A stretch of DNA of 57,330 bases, from the NCBI GenBank assembly GCA_964416505.1, contig CAYQEJ010000004.1:1-57330 (forward strand), in the 5' to 3' direction. Under the pieces are notes generated by a model that saw only the letters and a program-made list of their open reading frames with translations, was not told where the DNA came from and did no database searches. Origin of the DNA: an uncultured Gammaproteobacteria bacterium. Lineage in GTDB: Bacteria; Patescibacteriota; Microgenomatia; Levybacterales; UBA12049. This document shows, piece after piece, positions 1 to 9,844 of this stretch. The translations under genes were made by a program, and so were the position numbers. The first letter of the stretch is position 1, and every line of letters starts with the position of its first letter.

Positions 1-65
1 GTTTCGAATTAGATGCAGTAATGTGTGCATTTGAAAATATTCCCGATTGGGAAAACCCCCTCTAA
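1..65 (+). CDS. 3' end of an upstream CDS (partial, ...FELDAVMCAFENIPDWENPL*)
   Basis: Open frame from position 3 to TAA at 63-65; too short to assign. Confidence 0.4.
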   Translation, partial: FELDAVMCAFENIPDWENPL

Positions 66-114
66 GACTATTAGTCGATAAAAAAATAATCTTAATTGTG
101 CTATATTTATGCGT

Positions 115-873
115 ATGCAAATTGTAATCCCCATGGCCGGAAGTGGTAATCGTTTTAAAAAAGCAGGATATAAAGAGCTTAAACCTTTGATAAAAATTGA
201 AAAAAAATATATCTTAGAACATGTGGTTGATTTATTTCCAGATGAAAATGAATTTCTATTTATTTGTAGTGTTGATCATCTTAAGAAATATAATTTAGAA
301 AAAATTATAAAAAAAATTAAACCTGGAGCGAAAATTGCAACAATCAAATCTCATAAATTAGGCCCAGTTGAAACAATACTCCGCGCAAAAGATTTTATAA
401 AAAAGGATGAAGAAATAATCATAAACTACTGTGACTTTTCAATGATCTGGAATTTTAAAGACTTTAAAAAAAAAGTGAAATCCAAAAATATCCATGGAGC
501 AATTGTTTGCTATAAAGGTTTTCATCCTCATTTATTAAGAGATAATTTTTACGCAGGAGTAAAAACAGACAAAAAAAATAATCTTATAGAAACAAAAGAA
601 AAGTATTCCTATACAAAAAATAAAATGGAGTCATGGCATTCATCAGGAACTTACTATTTTAAAAATGGCGAGATTGCAGTAAAATACCTTGAGCAAATAA
701 AAAAGAGCAACCTAATTACTAATAACGAATTCTATGTTCCTTGGGCTTATAATTTGATGAAAAATGACAAATTAAATTCGATTGCTTACCCTGCAGATTA
801 TTTCTGCCAGTGGGGCACCCCAGAAGATTTAGAAGAATATTTATATTGGTCAAGATATTTTTATGAAAGTTAA
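115..873 (+). CDS. Sugar-phosphate nucleotidyltransferase-like protein (NTP transferase/GT-A fold)
   Basis: N-terminal IPMAGSGNRF..AGY..LKPLI, C-terminal WGTPEDL. Start moved from 109 to ATG 115 because an extended -10 (TGcTATATT, 99-107) lies 7 nt upstream. Confidence 0.8.
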   Translation: MQIVIPMAGSGNRFKKAGYKELKPLIKIEKKYILEHVVDLFPDENEFLFICSVDHLKKYNLEKIIKKIKPGAKIATIKSHKLGPVETILRAKDFIKKDEEIIINYCDFSMIWNFKDFKKKVKSKNIHGAIVCYKGFHPHLLRDNFYAGVKTDKKNNLIETKEKYSYTKNKMESWHSSGTYYFKNGEIAVKYLEQIKKSNLITNNEFYVPWAYNLMKNDKLNSIAYPADYFCQWGTPEDLEEYLYWSRYFYES

Positions 874-1633
874 TTTAATTCCACTTGCTGGAAAAGGGCA
901 GAGATTTTTAAATGAAGGTTATAAGCTACCCAAACCTTTGATTTCAGTTGATGGAATACCAATGGTTATTAAAGCCACTAAAAGCTTACCCACTGCAAAT
1001 AAATATATCTTCCTATGCCTCCAAGAGCATATTGAAGAATATAAAATAGATAAAAAAATTAAAAAATACTATCCAAAAGCAATTATAGTACCCATAAAAA
1101 AGATCACCGAAGGACAGGCAAGCACATGTATTTTAGCTCAAGAATTTATTAACCCAGAAGACGAGCTTACCATTGGAGCATGTGACAATGGCATGGCTTA
1201 TGATCAGAAAGATTTTAGTAAATTAATGAATAAAAAAAATACCGATGCAATAATTTGGACCTTCAGAAATAATCCAAATGTAAAAAGAAATCCTGAACAC
1301 TGGGGATGGGTAAAAGTGGAAAAAAATAATAATGTAAAAAAAGTCTCAGTTAAAATACCAATAAGTAATTCGCCTATAAACGATCACGCTATCGTAGGAA
1401 GTTTTAGTTTCAAAAAGGCAAAGTATTTTTTTGAAAATGCAAATCAAATGATAAGGGAAAATAAAAGAATAAACAATGAATTTTATAACGATGAGTGCAT
1501 GAATTTCTTAGTAAAAAACAAATTAAATGTAAAAGTTTTTGAAATTGATACTTATCTAGGATGGGGTACTCCAGCTGATTTAAAAACATACGAATACTGG
1601 AGTTCATTTTTTAAGAAAAAAAATGCAAAGTAA
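863..1633 (+). CDS. Second nucleotidyltransferase-like paralog
   Basis: IPLAGKGQRF..EGY..PKPLI and WGTPADL motifs; same architecture as the previous gene. Confidence 0.8.
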   Translation: MKVNLIPLAGKGQRFLNEGYKLPKPLISVDGIPMVIKATKSLPTANKYIFLCLQEHIEEYKIDKKIKKYYPKAIIVPIKKITEGQASTCILAQEFINPEDELTIGACDNGMAYDQKDFSKLMNKKNTDAIIWTFRNNPNVKRNPEHWGWVKVEKNNNVKKVSVKIPISNSPINDHAIVGSFSFKKAKYFFENANQMIRENKRINNEFYNDECMNFLVKNKLNVKVFEIDTYLGWGTPADLKTYEYWSSFFKKKNAK

Positions 1634-2330
1634 TCTTCTTTCTATCATTACACCCTCATATAATGAAAAAAATAATATTGAAAACATACTTAAAGAATAT
1701 GCAAAATTTAAAAAATATAATTTTGAATTAATATTTGTAAATAACGGCTCGACGGATGGAACTGAAAAAATTCTAGCTAAGTTTTCTAAGAATGAAAATT
1801 ATAAATTCTTAAAAATTATTAATGTCAAAAAAAATATTGGTTATGGTCATGGAATAATGACTGGTGTTAATGAAGCAAAAGGGGAAATAATCTCATGGAC
1901 TCACGCTGATTTACAAACTCCTCCAAAAGACGTTTTTAAAGCATACGAAAAATACAAAAAGTTTAATAATAAAAAGTATCTAATCAAAGGAATCAGAAAG
2001 GGAAGAAAAACTTCTGACTCGATAATATCTATGTCTATGGCGGTGATTGCATCAGCGTTTCTTAAAATGCAACTTTCCGAAATAAATGCGCAGCCTAAAT
2101 TATTTCATAGAGACTTAAAAAAATATTTAAGTAATTATCCAAATGATTTTACACTAGATTTATTTTTACTATACCGGGCTAAAAAAAATGGCTTTAAAAT
2201 TAAAAACATAGAAGTGAATTTTTTAAAAAGAGTTCATGGTAAATCAAAATGGGCATATTCTTTTTCCTCTAAGCTAAAAACCATCTTAAAAACATTCAAC
2301 TACATAATCAAACTTTCTCGTTCAAATTGA
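1623..2330 (+). CDS. Glycosyltransferase family 2 (DPM synthase-like)
   Basis: IITPSYNE, VNNGSTDGT, GYG, HADLQ (DxD-like) motifs. Confidence 0.9.
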   Translation: MQSNLLSIITPSYNEKNNIENILKEYAKFKKYNFELIFVNNGSTDGTEKILAKFSKNENYKFLKIINVKKNIGYGHGIMTGVNEAKGEIISWTHADLQTPPKDVFKAYEKYKKFNNKKYLIKGIRKGRKTSDSIISMSMAVIASAFLKMQLSEINAQPKLFHRDLKKYLSNYPNDFTLDLFLLYRAKKNGFKIKNIEVNFLKRVHGKSKWAYSFSSKLKTILKTFNYIIKLSRSN

Positions 2331-2361
2331 AATGAATTTATTTTTTTGAGAGAATTTCATA

Positions 2362-3501
2362 GTGAAATCAATTTTTTTAAAAATTTTTTTATTTACATTT
2401 AGCTTATTAATTGGGTTGTTAATTTGTGAATTAATTCTTAAACAGTTTACAGTAAAAAATATCATTTCCATTGATCCAAATAAATCATTCGCAAATGACA
2501 ATTTTACTTACTCCTCGTCTCTTAAATACAGAGTCAAACCTTATTTAGTTAGAAATTGCACAGCTATTCCAAACCCAAAAGCAATTTGCTATTCAAACTA
2601 CTTAGGTTTTCGAGACAAAGATCATAGCTTTAATAAACCAAATGACACTTATAGAATTCTTTTACTAGGAGATTCACTTACTTATGGCCCCGGAGTAAAT
2701 ACAGATGAAACATATCCTAAAAAATTTGAAAAAATATTAAACAAAGAATATAAAAATAAAAAAATAGAAATTATAAATATGGGTATGATATTTTATGGGC
2801 CAGAACAATATTACAATCTATATGAAGAATATGGAAAAAAATATAATCCTGATCTAGTAGTAGTAAGTTATCATTTGCTTACTGACCCTTATGATGCTTA
2901 TGAATATGATTTAAATCGTAAAAGCTACTTTTACAAATCTATTCCAGATTTTGTACCATATAAAGTTAATCAATTCCTGAAGGAGAAGTCTCTTTTATAT
3001 AGAGCATTTCTTTCAGGATATTATGGTTGGGCAAATAGACAACAAGTAAACGTAGAAAAAATTGTTTTCAATGGAAAGAATAATCGATATCAGTATGACA
3101 CTCAGCTTAATACAAGTTCTCCTTCAATGAAAAAAGGATGGGAAATATCTGAAAAATACATGAATCTTTTAATAAATTCTGCAAAATCTAATAATTCGAA
3201 AATCTCTGTTATTATTTTTCCTACTCCGGCTCAGATTTTACCTAACGAATGGGAGAAAATGAAAAAAGAGGGATATTTATCGGATCAAAGATTATACTCC
3301 CAATCTAAAACTCGTGAAAAAATGCTTCAACTATGTAGAAAATATTCTTGGAAGTGTCTTGATCTTCAAGATCCATTCAGAAAATCTAAAAATATTGATA
3401 AACTTTTTTTGAAAAAAGATATTCACCTGACGGGTTATGGAAATGAGATTACCGCAAATGCGCTTTTAAATTATCTAAAACAAAGCTCACTTATTAATTA
3501 A
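2362..3501 (+). CDS. Membrane-anchored SGNH/GDSL hydrolase-family protein
   Basis: N-terminal TM helix, NYLGFRD, LGDSLTYG (block I Ser), DIHLTGYGN (DxH). Confidence 0.85.
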   Translation: MKSIFLKIFLFTFSLLIGLLICELILKQFTVKNIISIDPNKSFANDNFTYSSSLKYRVKPYLVRNCTAIPNPKAICYSNYLGFRDKDHSFNKPNDTYRILLLGDSLTYGPGVNTDETYPKKFEKILNKEYKNKKIEIINMGMIFYGPEQYYNLYEEYGKKYNPDLVVVSYHLLTDPYDAYEYDLNRKSYFYKSIPDFVPYKVNQFLKEKSLLYRAFLSGYYGWANRQQVNVEKIVFNGKNNRYQYDTQLNTSSPSMKKGWEISEKYMNLLINSAKSNNSKISVIIFPTPAQILPNEWEKMKKEGYLSDQRLYSQSKTREKMLQLCRKYSWKCLDLQDPFRKSKNIDKLFLKKDIHLTGYGNEITANALLNYLKQSSLIN

Positions 3502-5190
3502 ATAATTTCCAACTACTAAAGCATCTATACCTGATTTATTAAAAGTATTAAGCGCTTCCAAAGTAGTATTAACAATTGGCTCACCTTTTAGATTGAAAGA
3601 AGTATTTAGAATAACATTAACTTCAGTTTTTTTTCCAAAACTCTTAATAACCTTATAATATTTAGAATTAATATCCTTATCCACACTTTGAGGTCTTGCG
3701 GTACCATCAACATGGGCGACAGCACCTAAATTACTAATTTTTTCTTTGCTAACCGGGACAACAAACAACATGAAATTAAAAGGAAGAAGATTCTTACTCC
3801 TTCCAACATTAAAGTATTTTCCCAAATCCTCTTTTAAAACGGAAGGCGCAAAAGGTCTAAATGCTTCTCTAAATTTAATCTTACTATTAACTTTATTTTT
3901 CATTTCAAATGAACGTGGATCAGCTAAAATACTCCTATGCCCGAGCGCTCTTGGTCCCCATTCAAATTCATCCTGAACCCATCCAATTACTTTTCCATTC
4001 TTCATCTTTTCCGTTACTTGGTCAACTAACTTATCTTCGTCTTTAAAGTATTTATATTTTATATTTTCATCTTCTAAAGTTTTTCTTATTTCATATTCAG
4101 TTTCTGAAGCACCGTAGTAAGAATGAATCATAATAAAATTTCTTTTATTTTTAAGCACTCCGTAATAGGCCCAAAGAGCTGCACCTAAAGCCCCACCAGA
4201 ATCTCCTGCAGCAGGCTGAATATATATATCTTTAAAATTACTTTTTTTTAAAATTTCCCAATTTGCTTTGCTATTAAGTGCGACGCCACCAGCATAACAA
4301 ATTGATTTGAGATTAGTTTTTTCATAAATATAATTAGTAATTCTAATAACTTCTCCTTCTAAGAATAGCTGAATACTCGAAGCAATATCAGCATAATAAT
4401 TTATTACTTTATCTGGAGTATTATTTTTTTTACCAAAGATGTTTTCAAATTTTTTTGTATATATTCCTTTCAAATCGTATTGGTATGAAAAGTAACTAAG
4501 ATCAAGAGAGAAACTACCATCTTTTTTTATATCAACAATTTTATATATAAGATCTAAATATTTAGGTTTTCCGTAAGGCGCAAGACCCATTAACTTATAT
4601 TCTCCTTCATTAGCTTCAAAACCAGCGAAAACCGTAAAGGCACTGTACAAAAGTCCTAAGGAATTCGGAAATCTAATCTCCTCTTTTATTTCTATATTAT
4701 TTCCTTTTCCCACACCCCAGCTAGCAGTAGCCCACTCCCCAACTCCATCTATACTAAGAATTGCTGATTCATCAAAAGGAGAAGAAAAAAAACTACTGGA
4801 TAAATGAGATAGATGATGTTCTGAAAAAATAATTTTTTTGGGGCTAACTTTTAATTCTTTTGAGATGTGACTCTTTATCCATAATTTATCAAAAAACCAT
4901 TCTTTCATTGATTCTTTAAAAAATCTAAAATTTTTAGGGGCATATGAAAAAGAATTTAAAAATATTCTTTCAAATTTTAAAAATGGTTTTTCGTAAAAGA
5001 CTACATAACTTAAATCTGTAGACTTGATTCCCGCTTTTTCCAAACAGAAGTTTATTGAATTTATCGGAAAAGAGGAATCATGTTTTTTTCTTGAAAATCT
5101 TTCTTCTTCTGCAGCTGCAATCAAGATTCCGTCTTTTAAAATTACCGCAGCACTATCGTGATAGAAACAGGAGATTCCTAATATATACAT
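3487..5190 (-). CDS. O-carbamoyltransferase (NodU/CmcH/SxtI family)
   Basis: ILGISCFYHDSAA, EEERFSRKKHD, EHHLSH, PAAGDSGGALGAA, EWGPRALGHRSILADP, FRPFAP, NTSFN. Confidence 0.95.
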   Translation of the reverse strand: MYILGISCFYHDSAAVILKDGILIAAAEEERFSRKKHDSSFPINSINFCLEKAGIKSTDLSYVVFYEKPFLKFERIFLNSFSYAPKNFRFFKESMKEWFFDKLWIKSHISKELKVSPKKIIFSEHHLSHLSSSFFSSPFDESAILSIDGVGEWATASWGVGKGNNIEIKEEIRFPNSLGLLYSAFTVFAGFEANEGEYKLMGLAPYGKPKYLDLIYKIVDIKKDGSFSLDLSYFSYQYDLKGIYTKKFENIFGKKNNTPDKVINYYADIASSIQLFLEGEVIRITNYIYEKTNLKSICYAGGVALNSKANWEILKKSNFKDIYIQPAAGDSGGALGAALWAYYGVLKNKRNFIMIHSYYGASETEYEIRKTLEDENIKYKYFKDEDKLVDQVTEKMKNGKVIGWVQDEFEWGPRALGHRSILADPRSFEMKNKVNSKIKFREAFRPFAPSVLKEDLGKYFNVGRSKNLLPFNFMLFVVPVSKEKISNLGAVAHVDGTARPQSVDKDINSKYYKVIKSFGKKTEVNVILNTSFNLKGEPIVNTTLEALNTFNKSGIDALVVGNYLINK

Positions 5191-5420
5191 TATTGAAGTT
5201 TTGCAAAATTAATATCATATTTAACTTTTTCTTTTTTAACCCAATAACTTCCTTTTTTAGCTAATGCATTATGACCAAGAAGAGAATCTTTGGAAAAAAC
5301 TTTTATTAAATAACTAAATGGAACTATCAGAACAAAAAAAATAATAAATAAAAAAATATTTGCCCAAATATGCATAATTTTTTTTGTAATTTTTATCCAT
5401 TTTTTCCAAGCGTTTTTCAT
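5190..5420 (-). CDS. Small membrane protein, SxtJ-like partner of carbamoyltransferase
   Basis: One hydrophobic stretch (IFLFIIFFVLIVPFSYLI) followed by D.L and SYWVKK; TAATG overlap with the carbamoyltransferase; start taken at ATG 5420. Confidence 0.65.
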   Translation of the reverse strand: MKNAWKKWIKITKKIMHIWANIFLFIIFFVLIVPFSYLIKVFSKDSLLGHNALAKKGSYWVKKEKVKYDINFAKLQ

Positions 5421-5421
5421 T

Positions 5422-5607
5422 CTAAAATATTGGATATATAATTGCTGCAACCCCAGTATGACCTGCAACAAAAAGTAAAACCATAACTAATAAGAGGACA
5501 AGAATTATTGGGAAACTCCACCATAGCTTATATTTCCAGAGAGTGGACATAAATTCTTTTAAAGTGGCTGTCTTTACAATCAAATCATGGAAAATCTCTG
5601 AGAACAT
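5422..5607 (-). CDS. DUF5989/SxtK-like small membrane protein
   Basis: EF...LWKYKLWWSFPIILVLLL...AAIIYPIF pattern; TATAAT 6 nt upstream of ATG 5607. Confidence 0.8.
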   Translation of the reverse strand: MFSEIFHDLIVKTATLKEFMSTLWKYKLWWSFPIILVLLLVMVLLFVAGHTGVAAIIYPIF

Positions 5608-5652
5608 TTCAATATTATATAGCAAATTAAGACGTGTATAAAGATGAATTTC

Positions 5653-6486
5653 CTATAAATCTATTTCAAATTTTTTCTTGAAAATCCTATTAGATACCCC
5701 TGATATAAAATATACAAATGTTAGTATCTCTAAACCAAAAAAGAGATATCCTAAATATCCAAGTATTGGCATCTCAAATACTTTGAAAAAACCTAAATAA
5801 GGAATCGTGTAATTCCATTTAGGAAGTGAATAATAGTTCCACATTTCCCACCAAAATCCAGTAAAAAGTGTTGCCAGCATTACAGAATATATATTAACCT
5901 TTATGCCCTGAGAAATTTGCTTAAGAATAGAAGGAAAACCCAATAGATAATTGATTGGATCAATTACAAATATTCCTGCTATCCAGACCAAAGGAAAAGT
6001 TTGATTCGGAAAAATCGGCATAATTATAAAAATAAGGATTCCAAAAATTAAGATTAAAATCGGAAAAAATTTATTTATTTTTATATTCATAGGTTTTTTC
6101 GCTATTACCTTATCCAGAATGTTTTTTATTAAATATGAAGTAGACAAAACTGCTGGAATTACGGTAGAAAAATCTATACTTGCTCGAAGATTATATTCTA
6201 AAATAGAAACATCTTTTCCTAAAACATAGTGCCAATTTTGCAAAAATGAATTACAAAATTCAAAAAACCACCAGACCGGAACTGATAAAAAAAATAACAA
6301 GATAAATCTATATTTTAGATTTGAAATAAGGGATTTCTTAAATAAATACATGGAAATTCCATTTATAGTTAATATATATCCTAACCAAAGGGGGAAAAAC
6401 GCATGTTCGTAAACAACGGGAATCCTTGTCCAAGATATTATCCAACTAATAATAGTCAAAGACAGTCCAAGAACTAAAACATTCAC
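5653..6486 (-). CDS. Multi-pass membrane protein of unknown function
   Basis: About 7-8 hydrophobic segments; WWFFEFCN..LQNWHY, WEMWNYYSLPKWNYTIPY, FEMPILGYLGY. Confidence 0.75.
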   Translation of the reverse strand: MNVLVLGLSLTIISWIISWTRIPVVYEHAFFPLWLGYILTINGISMYLFKKSLISNLKYRFILLFFLSVPVWWFFEFCNSFLQNWHYVLGKDVSILEYNLRASIDFSTVIPAVLSTSYLIKNILDKVIAKKPMNIKINKFFPILILIFGILIFIIMPIFPNQTFPLVWIAGIFVIDPINYLLGFPSILKQISQGIKVNIYSVMLATLFTGFWWEMWNYYSLPKWNYTIPYLGFFKVFEMPILGYLGYLFFGLEILTFVYFISGVSNRIFKKKFEIDL

Positions 6487-6513
6487 GTGATTATAATATT
6501 ACCAACTCTTGCT

Positions 6514-7359
6514 CTAGTCAACCTTAGATGATAAAAATTCTTTTATAATCCTTGCAGTTTCCTTTGGTTGCTCATAAGCAGGACTATGCCCTGCATTGTT
6601 AATAATTTCCAAATATAAATTTTTTTTAGAAATTTTATTTATAAAATTCTTTGCTGTATTTGTAGGTACATATTTATCATGTGAACCAAAAATCAATAAT
6701 GTTTGATTTTTTATACTTTTCAATTCCTCATCCATAACATATCCCATCATAGAAACACCAAGCTGAATGTATGACTTTCCTGTTACTCTTTTTCTTCCTG
6801 GCACAAAATAAAGATCCACGAGTCTTTTATTAAATTTGTAGGCATTCAGATATTTTTCTACTAAGTACGCGCTGTATTTATTTTTTATTACTTGTTCAAA
6901 TGCCTCGTGTGCTATTGGAGAATTTGCAGACAAACTTAAAAATCTTGAATAAATTTCTTTTATAATTTTTGTTTTTCTTCTATGAAGAACTGTGCCAATT
7001 AAAATTAAATGAAAATTGAAATTACTCAAAACAGCTAAATGGACAGTAAGGAATGTTCCAGCAGAAGCACCAACGACTGCAACTGTGTTGGGAGCATAAA
7101 TTTTTATAAATTCTGAAATATAATTGTTAATAATTTCCAATGAATATGTCGGCAGCGAATCAGAATCTCCAAATCCAGGAACATCAATCATATATAGCTT
7201 ATAATCCTTATATAATTCCTTTGCTAAAAGAGTCCAGCCAATCCATGAATTCGCCCATCCGTGAATAAAAATTATTGGCTTCCCTTTGCCTACCTCGGCA
7301 ACATTCAAATAAATATCATTAACTTTATATTTTTTTGTCTTTATCTGAAATTCCTTCAT
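6514..7359 (-). CDS. Alpha/beta hydrolase
   Basis: FIHGW, DVPGFGDS, GASAG nucleophile elbow, GSHD, GHSP. Confidence 0.85.
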   Translation of the reverse strand: MKEFQIKTKKYKVNDIYLNVAEVGKGKPIIFIHGWANSWIGWTLLAKELYKDYKLYMIDVPGFGDSDSLPTYSLEIINNYISEFIKIYAPNTVAVVGASAGTFLTVHLAVLSNFNFHLILIGTVLHRRKTKIIKEIYSRFLSLSANSPIAHEAFEQVIKNKYSAYLVEKYLNAYKFNKRLVDLYFVPGRKRVTGKSYIQLGVSMMGYVMDEELKSIKNQTLLIFGSHDKYVPTNTAKNFINKISKKNLYLEIINNAGHSPAYEQPKETARIIKEFLSSKVD

Positions 7360-7360
7360 T

Positions 7361-8755
7361 TTATTTTATTCTAGCCTTGAGGTTTTCGAGGATTTGGTCT
7401 CGACCTTCAATCTTTACCATTGTCTCAATTAATGGCAATCCTTGCTCTTTTCCTGTTATTAAAAAATAAATTATTTTCATTGAAACCGATTCCTGATCTC
7501 TAAAATTTTTAAGATGATTTAGTATAATCTCTTCTCTCCAATCTGAATGATTTATTTTTTCCAATAGATTTAACAACTTTTTCCCTGATTCCTTTTCTTC
7601 AAGAGTAAATTCTCTTTGCTTATTGGGTGTATTAACAAGATCTCTAAACTCTGTTAATTTTTTTATCCTTGACTGTGCCAGTCCTATTAAAAGATCCGAG
7701 TGCTTACTATCAAAAATTGCAGAAAATTCTTTATCGTCCCGATAGAATCTTTCAAGTCTTTTCCTTAAATCTTCTAAGCTCAAATTCCTAATCCAGAGTC
7801 CATTTATCCATTCCAACTTCGATAAATCAAAAATAGGCCCGACTGGCTTTAAATCTTTTGGATCAAAAAGAGAAATAAACTCATTTATATCAAAAATTTC
7901 TTTCTGCTCTGGATGACTCCATCCCATAAGAGCTAAGAAGTTTAAAATTGCTTCGGGCAAAAAACCTTCATTTCTATACCAATCCACGGACGCATGACCA
8001 TGCCTCTTGGAAAGTTTTGATTTATCCGGATTTCTTAAAACTGGCGTATGATAAAACTTGGGCTTTTCCCAACCAAAATACTCATAAAGCAGAATATGCT
8101 TTGGAAGACTAGAAAGCCACTCTTCACCCCTAACAACATCTGTAACCTCCATAAGATGGTCATCAATAATTACTGCAAGATGATATGTAGGAAAGCCATC
8201 AGATTTAATAAGAACGGTATCCTCAATTAAAGTGGAATCAAATTCCACATCTCCTCGTATTTCATCCCTTCCTATAAGTTTTGTATTTTCTGGAACCCTA
8301 AGACGGAGAACATGTGGCTCATCAAGTCTTTTTTTCGAATCTTCAATATCCAAGCTCCTACAGTGGCCATCATACATTGTTGGCTGATGACTTGCAGTTT
8401 GACTCGCTCTAAGGGCATCTAACCTCTCTTTCGTACAAAAACAATAATAAGCTCCACCTTTTTCTACCAATTCCAAGGCATATTTGGCATAGATTTCAAG
8501 TCTTTCCGACTGACGATATGGGCCAAAATCTCCGCCTTTTCTTACGCTTTCATCCTCCGAAAGAGAAAACCAATCAATTGCTTCAAAAATTTTATCTTCA
8601 GATCCTTCTACAAATCTTCCTCTATCTGTATCTTCAATTCTTACTAAAAACTTCCCCTTATTTCTTTTGGCATAAGCATAATCAAACAAAGCTTGATAAA
8701 CAGTGCCTATATGAGGAAATCCCGTTGGACTTGGCGCGACTCTAGTTCTTACCAT
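7361..8755 (-). CDS. gltX: Glutamate--tRNA ligase
   Basis: VRTRVAPSPTGFPHIG (HIGH), RIEDTD, VVRGEEW, KLSKR (KMSKS). Start likely ATG 8755 rather than TTG 8794. Confidence 0.97.
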   Translation of the reverse strand: MVRTRVAPSPTGFPHIGTVYQALFDYAYAKRNKGKFLVRIEDTDRGRFVEGSEDKIFEAIDWFSLSEDESVRKGGDFGPYRQSERLEIYAKYALELVEKGGAYYCFCTKERLDALRASQTASHQPTMYDGHCRSLDIEDSKKRLDEPHVLRLRVPENTKLIGRDEIRGDVEFDSTLIEDTVLIKSDGFPTYHLAVIIDDHLMEVTDVVRGEEWLSSLPKHILLYEYFGWEKPKFYHTPVLRNPDKSKLSKRHGHASVDWYRNEGFLPEAILNFLALMGWSHPEQKEIFDINEFISLFDPKDLKPVGPIFDLSKLEWINGLWIRNLSLEDLRKRLERFYRDDKEFSAIFDSKHSDLLIGLAQSRIKKLTEFRDLVNTPNKQREFTLEEKESGKKLLNLLEKINHSDWREEIILNHLKNFRDQESVSMKIIYFLITGKEQGLPLIETMVKIEGRDQILENLKARIK

Positions 8756-8797
8756 ACTTCCTTGCATTGTAGCTAAAATCTCCTTTATACTCAATAT

Positions 8798-9844
8798 ATG
8801 CCCACCACTTTAAGCAAATTTAAAAGTGAGTTTATACTTGCGGTCAAATGGGCCGCTATTATTTTAGGAATTATTATTGGAATTTTTATTCTTATAAAAA
8901 CACTATCCTTTGTAAAAGAATTAGTTTTCCCCACTCCTGCAGCACCTCCAAATGCATCATTTGGAAAACTTCCACCCATTTTATTCCCTGAAAGTATAAA
9001 CAAAAAATACAATTATAAAATTGACACATTGAAAGGAGGGCTACCCAACCTCCCAGACAGAACAAAAGTCTATGAAATGATTAAACCTAGCCCCGATTTA
9101 CTAGCTGTTAAAAGGGCGAGTGAAAAAGTATCAACGCTTGGTTTTATCGATAAACCAGAACAACTGTCAGAAAGTATCTTCAGATGGAACAGCGAGCAGG
9201 AATTAGCTAAAAGCTTAGTTTTAAATGTAAACATGGCATCTTTTACGCTTTACTCTCCATATTTAACAGACCCCTCTGTTATATCGGCAGCATATTTGAA
9301 AGATGAGGAAAATGCTATATCAGTCGCCAGAGAATTCCTAACAACACTTGGCATTCTTCCAGAGGATTTAGATGAACAAAAAACAAGAACTGAACTTTTT
9401 ACTATAAATGATGAATTAGTAGGACCTGTAAATAGCTTGTCTCAAGCGAAACTTATTAGTGTTTATTTTTTTCAGAAAAACATAGAGGATACACCCATAG
9501 TTTATCCAAGTGGACTCAACTCAAATATGAATCTTGTAATCGGGTCCGGAAGAAATGAAGCAGAAGTGGTAAATGCTAGATTTTTCTATCAAAAAATCTC
9601 CGACAAATCTTCTACGTATGCCATCAAAACATCCGATGAAGCATTTGACGAGCTTAAAAAAGGTGAAGGAAAAATTGTTTCATATAACGGTAAAGGTGAT
9701 AATGTAACTTTAAAGAAAATTTATATCGCATTATATTCCGAGGGGAAAGAACAAAAATATCTTATGCCTGTAATTGTTTTTGAAGGAAACGAAAATTTTG
9801 TAGCTTATGTATCAGCAATTAAGGACGACTGGATAAAAAAGTAA
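8798..9844 (+). CDS. Hypothetical membrane-anchored extracytoplasmic protein
   Basis: 348-aa ORF with N-terminal TM helix; TATACT 6 nt before the ATG; no recognised family. Confidence 0.8.
   Translation: MPTTLSKFKSEFILAVKWAAIILGIIIGIFILIKTLSFVKELVFPTPAAPPNASFGKLPPILFPESINKKYNYKIDTLKGGLPNLPDRTKVYEMIKPSPDLLAVKRASEKVSTLGFIDKPEQLSESIFRWNSEQELAKSLVLNVNMASFTLYSPYLTDPSVISAAYLKDEENAISVAREFLTTLGILPEDLDEQKTRTELFTINDELVGPVNSLSQAKLISVYFFQKNIEDTPIVYPSGLNSNMNLVIGSGRNEAEVVNARFFYQKISDKSSTYAIKTSDEAFDELKKGEGKIVSYNGKGDNVTLKKIYIALYSEGKEQKYLMPVIVFEGNENFVAYVSAIKDDWIKK

Noticed and set aside
1614-5392. Homopolymer A/T runs as phase-variation switches
   Set aside because: Runs of 7-8 nt are expected at this AT content and all reading frames are intact.
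3487-5607. Saxitoxin biosynthesis cluster (sxtI/J/K-like genes)
   Set aside because: No sxtA, sxtG, sxtB or other pathway genes are present; this trio also occurs in glycan loci.
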